Of a stretch of DNA of 64,000 nucleotides, positions 46,580 through 53,208 are shown piece by piece. A program made the position numbers and the translations under genes. The notes below the pieces were generated by a model. That model searched no databases, was not told where the DNA came from, and was given only the letters and a program-made list of their open reading frames with translations. The stretch is from a virus. The stretch's first letter is position 1. Each line of letters starts with the position of its first letter. Location: the IMG/VR virus record IMGVR_UViG_3300028920_000048; one strand, written 5' to 3'.

Positions 46580-46882
46580 CTAATCCCTCTTGGGAACAAG
46601 ATCAAACCGACGTGACTTGAACTCTTCCAGTCGGATTTCCGGGCTGCTGGCGATCTCGAAAAGAGGAAACACGACCTTCTTTGGTTTCGGAATGAACACG
46701 AAATTATACGGATAGACAACCTTGTTCAACTCACGCCACAACCGTCCACACCTACGGACCCAATAATCACGTTCAGCCCGGTCTCTTGGAAGCAACACAC
46801 GAAGCGCCATTCCCAAAACCGACACACGTCTACCAAACCAAAGGATCATGTCTTTCTCTGCTTCAATGAAGTATATGTTCAT
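46580..46882 (-). CDS. Small protein carrying a 31-aa copy of a major capsid protein segment
   Basis: KPKKVVFPLFEIASSPEIRLEEFKSRRFDLV versus MCP KPKRVQFPLFEIASNPEIQLTEIKSRRFDLV; ATGA-coupled to the upstream gene. Confidence 0.75.
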   Translation of the reverse strand: MNIYFIEAEKDMILWFGRRVSVLGMALRVLLPRDRAERDYWVRRCGRLWRELNKVVYPYNFVFIPKPKKVVFPLFEIASSPEIRLEEFKSRRFDLVPKRD

Positions 46883-47376
46883 CTCTCCAAAACGTGCCAC
46901 GTCCAGCACTGCTCTCCGACATGCTCCGAACCTTCAATCCGAAAGCCATGTCTTAGGAACAACCTGATCGAGGCTTGGTTCATCGCCCAAATCCTCGCCA
47001 CGTGTGAACCCGGATACATCGCCAGTGCGAAGCTAAGCAACAAACTCCCGAAACCTTTACCCTGCTTGCCCTTGAAGACCGTAATGCCGGTGATGTAGTT
47101 AAACTTCCTTCGACCGAAAATCGACAGAAAACGCTTCAAAATATCAGCATCGTCCGTCTCCTCCATCGCCCGAAAAGCGGGCATCTTCATCCTCAAAACC
47201 TGAACATTCCCAATCCAGCAGTCGTCAGCCCCGACAAGAAGCCAACTATGAACACCCTCGTTGTATAACCGAAGATAAGAAGCTTCCGAAAACTGAGAAT
47301 GAGGCGGGTAACACTCCTTGTCTTGCTTCGACAAACGAGCCCAGTCGGAATCATTGTCCATCAGTGCGAAACGCAT
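46879..47376 (-). CDS. GNAT-family acetyltransferase
   Basis: ITVFKGKQGKGFGSLLL (motif A) and NQASIRLFLRHGF (motif B). Confidence 0.85.
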   Translation of the reverse strand: MRFALMDNDSDWARLSKQDKECYPPHSQFSEASYLRLYNEGVHSWLLVGADDCWIGNVQVLRMKMPAFRAMEETDDADILKRFLSIFGRRKFNYITGITVFKGKQGKGFGSLLLSFALAMYPGSHVARIWAMNQASIRLFLRHGFRIEGSEHVGEQCWTWHVLER

Positions 47377-47773
47377 CACGCCACCTCTCAGGCTGCATGG
47401 CAACAAATACAGTGTAACTGTCTATGTCCAAAAGACCGCCGCCGTCTGGATGAGGATCATGCACGACCTTGCCGTCACGACCGACGCAAGCGTGCATCAA
47501 ACCCCTCGGACTTGTGCCCGAAACGATGTAATAAGGACCAAACTCGCCATAAAGGCTAATCCAAGGAAACGGCTCTTCACAGCGAAAGTCGTGCAACCCA
47601 ACGCCGCAGTACCTCAAAAGCCACTCATTGCTGTCAGCAAACCACGTGTCGCTCGGGAAATCCACACAGAAGTTCGGCAAGTTACCAAGCGGAACTTCCA
47701 AGATTGAAGCCACGCAAGCTGCAAAACAGTCGCCCTTGCCGTCGCCAAACTTGGTCTGCATTACTGGCTTCAA
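47351..47773 (-). CDS. Papain/C39-like Cys-His peptidase-fold hypothetical protein
   Basis: GDCFAACVASIL...GLMHACV...HDPHP. Confidence 0.5.
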   Translation of the reverse strand: MKPVMQTKFGDGKGDCFAACVASILEVPLGNLPNFCVDFPSDTWFADSNEWLLRYCGVGLHDFRCEEPFPWISLYGEFGPYYIVSGTSPRGLMHACVGRDGKVVHDPHPDGGGLLDIDSYTVFVAMQPERWRDAFRTDGQ

Positions 47774-48318
47774 CAGGCTCGACTCCTCTTCTCCTTGTCT
47801 GTGAAGACACCCTCGCCGTGCATTCGTGTCAAGGCGATCTCATTTACCATCTGAAGTGCTTCAGTGCAACGATCTCCAAGGAAACGTGTGCCCTGAAGGT
47901 ACTTAAACAGTTCAAACATTTTTTCCCTGTTTTTGTCAGTTGCGACATCCTTCAAGACAGCCCGACACAGCCCAACCCGAATGATCTCAAGCAGGTTCTG
48001 GTGGACCTTTCGAGCCAGTTCATCCTTCGTCAAGCCCATGCACCAAACCTCGTCCATGCGCTTGTTTACGTACCACGGGCTGGTCTCAACGTTGTCAATG
48101 TCTATGAAGTGAATCTCGTCACTAATGTTGCGACGACGATGTACGTGCACCTGAACACGCCCGATGGGCAGAAGCGGCTCAACAACGTGGTACCGGAACG
48201 GGTCGCCCTCTTCATGGCGGCTCGGATGGTGCTGAGGACGGAGCCCAGCGACTTCCAACTCGCAGATCAAAACCGGCACAAACTCCTCAACGGTAAAACT
48301 CGTTTCACTCTTCTCCAT
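47770..48318 (-). CDS. Hypothetical protein
   Basis: Start moved to ATG 48318 (GGAGG RBS) to avoid overlap with tRNA-Pro. Confidence 0.55.
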   Translation of the reverse strand: MEKSETSFTVEEFVPVLICELEVAGLRPQHHPSRHEEGDPFRYHVVEPLLPIGRVQVHVHRRRNISDEIHFIDIDNVETSPWYVNKRMDEVWCMGLTKDELARKVHQNLLEIIRVGLCRAVLKDVATDKNREKMFELFKYLQGTRFLGDRCTEALQMVNEIALTRMHGEGVFTDKEKRSRAC

Positions 48319-48348
48319 TGTGCATTCCTCCATTTTTTGGTGAAAAGA

Positions 48349-48427
48349 TGATCGGAGTGAGAGGATTTGAACCTCCGATCCCTCGGCCCCCAGCCGAGTG
48401 CCCTGAACCAGACTAGGCCACACTCCG
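48349..48427 (-). tRNA. tRNA-Pro(GGG); 3' end reads A-TCA instead of A-CCA
   Basis: CGGAGTG/CACTCCG acceptor; CTCGG-CT-GGG-GG-CCGAG. Confidence 0.85.
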
Positions 48428-48433
48428 ATCCTT

Positions 48434-49048
48434 TCACAACTCATAGCCATAGAAACGAGCCCCACGCTGAAGCTCGGTCCACAGCACAGCATCGACCGCA
48501 TCACGGACGATCTCCTTGGTCACTTCGTACTTGGGTCTCCGAGTGTTCCGATCTATCGGCACAGCCGCAAACGCCTTCTGAATCGCATCGTCGCTTGCAT
48601 TACAACCAAAGACCTCCAAGATTCGAGGCAGCACTTTACCGATATCCTCGATCCTGTAAAAGAAAGACGAGCAACCAGAAGCAATCCTGTTCCAGTAGAC
48701 CCAGTAAAGCGTTCCAGCCACAACCAGCTCATCCCGAGTCTCAAGTCTGCCCGGAAGAGGCAACTGAAACCGCTTCCTGAGCACTCTATCTATGAACGCC
48801 CAACTCTCGGGTATCGCAGTCGTCATGGACTGGATCACGACTACAGGCTCACGAACTTGATGAAGCACCACGCCGAAGCGGTCAAACGGTCTTGCAGGAG
48901 CTTCGTACCATGAAACCTTGCCGTCGCCGCCCATACGAATCTCGTGCGGCATATCCAGCCCAATATGACAAAGCACATCCGAGATATATCGTGTCCCGCT
49001 CCTGCCACAACCTGTAATGAGGACTCTTGGCATGTTCCATTCTCGCAA
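48434..49048 (-). CDS. Sulfotransferase-like protein
   Basis: LITGCGRSGTRY (5'-PSB) and HQVREPVVVIQS (3'-PB); likely start ATG 49033. Confidence 0.7.
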   Translation of the reverse strand: MREWNMPRVLITGCGRSGTRYISDVLCHIGLDMPHEIRMGGDGKVSWYEAPARPFDRFGVVLHQVREPVVVIQSMTTAIPESWAFIDRVLRKRFQLPLPGRLETRDELVVAGTLYWVYWNRIASGCSSFFYRIEDIGKVLPRILEVFGCNASDDAIQKAFAAVPIDRNTRRPKYEVTKEIVRDAVDAVLWTELQRGARFYGYEL

Positions 49049-49049
49049 C

Positions 49050-49124
49050 TGGTGGACCCGACAGGACTCGAACCTGTAACCAACGGTTTATGAGACCGCC
49101 GCTCCGCCATTGAGCTACGGGTCC
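49050..49124 (-). tRNA. tRNA with CAT anticodon (probably Ile2, possibly elongator Met)
   Basis: GCGGT-CT-CAT-AA-ACCGT; acceptor GGACCCG has C4 and C5 as in TilS substrates; ACCA end. Confidence 0.85.
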
Positions 49125-49167
49125 GAGAAAAGATCACCAATCTAAGCCCATTATACTTCCGTCTTCA

Positions 49168-49740
49168 CTACCTTACATTGAAAACGGCAACCCCGTCCTG
49201 AAAGTCCTTCAGGTTGTATTTGGGGCTGTACTTCCCACGAAGGTAGTTCAGAAGGCTCTGCACCCTTTCGTCGTCGGGTGCCTTGAAGAACTGATCTGCC
49301 GGAGAGACGGCAAGCTTGGCGCTTGTCACGAACCGAGAACCCTTGTACTTGCCCAGCTTCAGCGACAGCTTGACCTTGAATCCCTTCTCCTCAAGGTCTT
49401 TGATAAGCATGTTCGCCAGCTTCTCGCCAGCTTGTTTCTCGGTCTTCTCCTTGAACTTCTTGGCTTGCTCGCGGACTTGCTGAAACGCACTCTCGAACAA
49501 CGACGCCCCCGCCGTTCGAGGTGCTCCAATCAAAAGTTTCGATGCTTCAAGCAATCCACGAGCAATGATCAGTTTCTCCACGGTCATTCTCCTATCAACC
49601 TGTCGTGAATGCTCCACGGGGACAAGCCCTGTGGCTTCTAGGTTGTCGCTTTCGCTCCAACCAAAGACTGCATTCCCAGTCTCAATACGTTCCTTGCGGC
49701 ATTCATCCACGAAGACGAGCCCCATAGTTTTCTGCGGCAC
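49168..49740 (-). CDS. Leader-tagged protein (probable start GTG 49581)
   Basis: AGGAG + 7 nt + GTG gives MEKLIIARGLLEASKLLIGAPRTA. Confidence 0.65.
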   Translation of the reverse strand: MPQKTMGLVFVDECRKERIETGNAVFGWSESDNLEATGLVPVEHSRQVDRRMTVEKLIIARGLLEASKLLIGAPRTAGASLFESAFQQVREQAKKFKEKTEKQAGEKLANMLIKDLEEKGFKVKLSLKLGKYKGSRFVTSAKLAVSPADQFFKAPDDERVQSLLNYLRGKYSPKYNLKDFQDGVAVFNVR

Positions 49741-49772
49741 ACATCATAACAGGTCTGGATATAGGAGAAAAA

Positions 49773-49907
49773 TGGCTTGCCCTGTCTGGACTCGAACCAG
49801 AACTTCCGGCATCGTATGCGCCAGCAGAATAGCCCATGCCCTTGGGTTGTAAACCGCCACGCACCCAATGTGGCGTCCGACGTGCTACCACTTACACCAC
49901 AAAGCAA
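49773..49907 (-). ncRNA. tRNA-like RNA (135 nt) with ~58 extra nt in the anticodon arm
   Basis: Intact D arm (GTGT-AAGTGGTA-GCAC), T arm (TCTGG-TTCGAGT-CCAGA), 8-bp acceptor TTGCTTTG/CAGGGCAA, G discriminator and CCA. Confidence 0.75.
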
Positions 49908-49914
49908 ATAGTCT

Positions 49915-49991
49915 TGGCTGGCCCGGCAGGACTCGAACCTGCAACCTCCTGATCCAGAGTCAGGCGTTCCGCCAAATTGAACTACGGACCA
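49915..49991 (-). tRNA. tRNA-Gln(CTG)
   Basis: T1-A72, CCTGA-CT-CTG-GA-TCAGG, GCCA end. Confidence 0.92.
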
Positions 49992-49995
49992 GTAG

Positions 49996-50069
49996 TGGCT
50001 GGCCCGTCAGGACTTGAACCTGAAATAGAAGGTCCAAAACCTCCTGTGTTGCCATTACACTACGAGCCA
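49996..50069 (-). tRNA. tRNA-Gln(TTG)
   Basis: GGAGG-TT-TTG-GA-CCTTC, GCCA end. Confidence 0.92.
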
Positions 50070-50111
50070 GTACGCTACGGTCAGTCTATTCGGTTATCAA
50101 TGAGCGCAAAT

Positions 50112-50186
50112 TGGGGTGACCAGCGGGAATCGAACCCGCATACCTCGGGCCACAGCCGAATGCCCTACCCTTGAGCGATGATCACC
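50112..50186 (-). tRNA. tRNA-His(GTG) with encoded G-1
   Basis: TTCGG-CT-GTG-GC-CCGAG; G-1:C73; CCA. Confidence 0.92.
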
Positions 50187-50195
50187 ACTCAAATT

Positions 50196-50272
50196 TGGTC
50201 TGGCTGGGCAGATTTGAACTGCCAATCCCGGCGTCCCGAACGCCGTGCCTTACCAAGTTAGGCCACAGCCAG
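50196..50272 (-). tRNA. tRNA-Pro(CGG)
   Basis: CGGCG-TT-CGG-GA-CGCCG; C1-G72, A73, CCA. Confidence 0.92.
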
Positions 50273-50346
50273 TTACACTTCTTTCAATTTCCACCACGCT
50301 TCTGCTGCATCTGAACTCACCGAAACAACTTACGTCCGCATGTTTT

Positions 50347-50388
50347 CTATGTGGGACTGTTTGTCAAACAAAAAACAGTCCCACATAG
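50347..50388. repeat. Perfect 16-bp inverted repeat (10-nt loop) between tRNA genes
   Basis: CTATGTGGGACTGTTT / AAACAGTCCCACATAG. Confidence 0.9.
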
Positions 50389-50406
50389 CGAACATCTCTA
50401 TCAAAA

Positions 50407-50483
50407 TGGTCGGAGTGACAGGATTTGAACCTGCGACCCTCTGCTCCCAGGGCAGATGCGCTACCAGACTGCGCTACACTCCG
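50407..50483 (-). tRNA. tRNA-Pro(TGG) with C33
   Basis: TCTGC-CC-TGG-GA-GCAGA; CGGAGTG acceptor; ACCA. Confidence 0.88.
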
Positions 50484-50491
50484 AGAATTTT

Positions 50492-50568
50492 TGGCGGGAT
50501 CGACGGGACTTGAACCCGCAAACATCCGCCTCGACAGGGCGGCGCTCTGCCAATTGAACTACGATCCC
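50492..50568 (-). tRNA. tRNA-Asp(GTC)
   Basis: CCGCC-CT-GTC-GA-GGCGG; GCCA end. Confidence 0.92.
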
Positions 50569-50611
50569 ACTTCACACTCATATATCAAAAAGCGTCGATT
50601 TTTCAAAAAAC

Positions 50612-50812
50612 AAAAAAAGCCCGTAACCGGCTAGCGGCTTCGGACTCTTATGTCGCTTGGCGTCCTTCGAGTTTGCTGTCAGACACCGTGGACCGAGACC
50701 ACGCCGCAGCCGGAACTATCCGGCTGGCAATCCGACGATGGACTCGATTGTGGTGATATCCTGACAGCGTTCATTCTCGTTGACTCCTCAACCTTGGGTT
50801 TTCATCCTACAC
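50612..50812 (-). ncRNA. Unassigned ~200-nt structured RNA with its own promoter and terminator
   Basis: Long-range helix GCTGTCAG/CTGACAGC, hairpin CAGCCGGA-TAGT-TCCGGCTG, and terminal GTCCG...CGGGC plus T7 terminator (50612-50645). Confidence 0.65.
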
Positions 50813-50817
50813 ACTGT

Positions 50818-50846
50818 ATTCTACACGATCACGGAGATTCTGTCAA
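50818..50846 (-). promoter_or_regulatory. Sigma70-type promoter
   Basis: TTGACA - 17 bp - TAGAAT. Confidence 0.85.
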
Positions 50847-50895
50847 GTCTTTTTTTGAATCAAGCTTCTTTTTCTTCCTGCACTTGCCAATCGCC

Positions 50896-51060
50896 CTATT
50901 TATAAGCTGTTAGTCGCAGAAAACCACGGGGCTCGTCCCCGTGGTAATTGACGACTTCAATAGCCTTACGGTCCTCTTCCTGGTATATTTTTGCAATCGG
51001 GCTCATAATAATGCGCCTCTCGTCGAATTCTTCCAGATCAGGAACATCAGACTTTTTCAC
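50896..51060 (-). CDS. Small hypothetical protein (54 aa)
   Basis: AAGGAG RBS and GTG start directly after the upstream stop. Confidence 0.5.
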   Translation of the reverse strand: MKKSDVPDLEEFDERRIIMSPIAKIYQEEDRKAIEVVNYHGDEPRGFLRLTAYK

Positions 51061-51061
51061 G

Positions 51062-52177
51062 CTATGACTCCTTTCGTTTTCCTGACGGCAAAGCCAAGCC
51101 ACCTCTATGACCAACAACGTAATATTCTCGCATTGGATTAACCACCCAATGATCATCTTGATCTTGTTGAACCCACCCAGCCGATGGAGCCGATGGTACT
51201 TGTCCAGGACGAAGAAGACGCCAAGACCCGCCACCTGCCTTATCACTAACATAAATACTACAACCAGCAGCCCACAACTTCGAGGCCCTCACTCTAAGCA
51301 ACGGACGATCCCCTACTGGCAAATCATGACCACGCTCGTCCGCCCAAAACCTTCCTCCAGGAACCGGACCCTTTACTATTCTCTTACGTCCCTTCGGCAC
51401 ACCCGGATAACGAACAAGCCAAAAATCCCCGGCCATTCTCTCTGTTCCCAAAACCAAAAACTTAGCAACTTTAAGCAACCGTCTCGCCAGTCTGACATTG
51501 CCGTCAAACACTTGACAAGCATCAAAAGCCTGAACAAAACCATACCGAACATCCATACGTTTTTTGAGGGCAACACCTTCTGGAGTCATCATTCCCCACT
51601 GAACATTAGCCTTACCATACTCGTCATAAAGTTTCTTCATCAAGGCTTCGCCAATGCCTATACGACGATAGTTTTTGTTAACGAAGATATAGTTGACATG
51701 AATCTTGCCATCAAACTCGGAGTATTCCACGTAACCAAGCACTTTCCTGTCCGCTGCACTTGTCGCAGTCATGCAAAGATCAGTCTGCCCGTGATGCGAG
51801 CCCGTCACCTCTTCGTTGAACACCGGAATTGGTTGACTTTCAACACTAGGCATGAACTTTTTCAAGGCGTTTACAACAGTTTGATCAGCTTTCCCATGCG
51901 GACGATGCTTCCCAATCATCGGACGACCACCCTTCCACGCTGCAATACCATTTCCGCCCATCCAAAGACCGTCCAACGTTTTCCCGTCCGTATAGAGCTT
52001 CTTACTCTCGGCTCGCTTGCCGCCCAAAAACGCCTCAAGCACCTTCTTATCGCCCTTTGTCAACCGCACAAAAGCTTTCCTATCCTCTAAAAACCTCAGA
52101 ACAAACTTCAATTGCCTCAGCAACGCCATCCAAAGGCTCATCATGTTCAAGAGCCAACCGACGCAAAATCCAATCAC
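51062..52177 (-). CDS. Multidomain protein with a GNAT acetyltransferase domain and an internal leader motif (start probably GTG 52069)
   Basis: VNYIFVNKNYRRIGIGEALM (GNAT motif A); NVRLARRLLKVAKFLVLGT between domains. Confidence 0.75.
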   Translation of the reverse strand: MIGFCVGWLLNMMSLWMALLRQLKFVLRFLEDRKAFVRLTKGDKKVLEAFLGGKRAESKKLYTDGKTLDGLWMGGNGIAAWKGGRPMIGKHRPHGKADQTVVNALKKFMPSVESQPIPVFNEEVTGSHHGQTDLCMTATSAADRKVLGYVEYSEFDGKIHVNYIFVNKNYRRIGIGEALMKKLYDEYGKANVQWGMMTPEGVALKKRMDVRYGFVQAFDACQVFDGNVRLARRLLKVAKFLVLGTERMAGDFWLVRYPGVPKGRKRIVKGPVPGGRFWADERGHDLPVGDRPLLRVRASKLWAAGCSIYVSDKAGGGSWRLLRPGQVPSAPSAGWVQQDQDDHWVVNPMREYYVVGHRGGLALPSGKRKES

Positions 52178-52427
52178 CAGTGCCCGGTCTATAAACGAGA
52201 ACCACAGAGGTATCCGACTCGTATTTATCTCCGATCAGCCACTCCTCTGGTTGCTTCTTTTTCGGCTTGGCTTTGAGATGAACAACAGAAACCCTACCGC
52301 CGTCAAGACCGACAAGTTCGGCTTCGACCTTCAAAGCCCGAAGCACCTTATCAACATCTGAAGGCGTGTCATCAACCAAATCCTTCGCAACGAATAGAAG
52401 AGCCCTTGCAGCCCAAATACGATCCAT
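52080..52427 (-). CDS. Leader-tagged small protein
   Basis: MDRIWAARALLFVAKDLV. Confidence 0.7.
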   Translation of the reverse strand: MDRIWAARALLFVAKDLVDDTPSDVDKVLRALKVEAELVGLDGGRVSVVHLKAKPKKKQPEEWLIGDKYESDTSVVLVYRPGTGDWILRRLALEHDEPLDGVAEAIEVCSEVFRG

Positions 52428-52438
52428 CTCGCCCTCAC

Positions 52439-53128
52439 TCAGAAATCAGAATTGAAAATGTTACGACCCTTAACACCATTCTTAAGCAGATAGCTCTTTT
52501 CAATTTTCATTCGACGCCACACCAGCTTCAAATCAGCCTCATTCTTATGCAGCCATACCTTCTTGCCCTGAAAAGACAACCAAGGATGATAAGACGTCTG
52601 AATCAAAAAACCTCGATCAAAAATCCTCGTGACGACTTTACGATCCAAAATCCACACCTCATCACGGATATAGACAATGACCCAAGCGTGCAAATTCGAC
52701 ACATGCTCCGGACCATTTGTGCCCACAACAAAACGAGCGTCATAACCACGCTTCCATAAAACACTATAGCACAAAAACATTGCCCAATCCTTACATATCC
52801 CACCACCATTTCGCACGAACTCTGTTGGCGTCATAATCTGAACAGGATACAAAGCCACAAAATTGAAATGAGCAAGCATAAAGTCCCTGGACTTCTGCAA
52901 CACGAAAATGTCATCCGCACCTGTGACATTAAACTCAAAACCATGCTTCTCCCAAAACTCATAATACGGACGATACGGACGCCTTGCATAACCGATCTCC
53001 CGCCCCCACCAATCGGCAAAAATCATCCGCCTCAGCATAACAGGCTCTTGCTCCTGCTCTTGCTGCGATACACAACCCATCACAAACACAACAAGCCACA
53101 AAAAACATGTTAAAGTGGCAATTTTCAT
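52439..53128 (-). CDS. Transglutaminase-like Cys-His-Asp lipoprotein
   Basis: Lipoprotein-type signal (LVVFVMG-C); GGICKDWA...LHAWV...WILD triad. Confidence 0.7.
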   Translation of the reverse strand: MKIATLTCFLWLVVFVMGCVSQQEQEQEPVMLRRMIFADWWGREIGYARRPYRPYYEFWEKHGFEFNVTGADDIFVLQKSRDFMLAHFNFVALYPVQIMTPTEFVRNGGGICKDWAMFLCYSVLWKRGYDARFVVGTNGPEHVSNLHAWVIVYIRDEVWILDRKVVTRIFDRGFLIQTSYHPWLSFQGKKVWLHKNEADLKLVWRRMKIEKSYLLKNGVKGRNIFNSDF

Positions 53129-53183
53129 AAGCCGTTGCGTCTCCTCTATAGACCATAAAACAAACTGTCTAGTACGGCAATAG

Positions 53184-53195
53184 ATATAAGAAAAA
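53184..53195 (-). promoter_or_regulatory. Candidate late-promoter motif TTTTTCTTATAT
   Basis: Same motif as 43195 and 59091, in an intergenic gap. Confidence 0.45.
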
Positions 53196-53208
53196 TCTAC
53201 GTCAAGCA

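Noticed and set aside
47770-48504. N-terminal extension of the ORF across tRNA-Pro(GGG)
   Set aside because: The overlap with an intact tRNA and a strong RBS at 48318 indicate the shorter start.
49773-49907. Archaeal-type intron-containing tRNA, or an amber suppressor
   Set aside because: No bulge-helix-bulge could be formed at 29/30 or 30/31. The CTA in the insert is not in a U33-type 7-nt loop, and the neighbouring tRNAs are bacterial in type.
50612-50812. tmRNA, RNase P, SRP or T-box RNA
   Set aside because: No tRNA-like acceptor or T arm with G3-U70 and CCA, no GAGGAAAGUCC, no SRP GGAA-GCAG loop and no T-box consensus.
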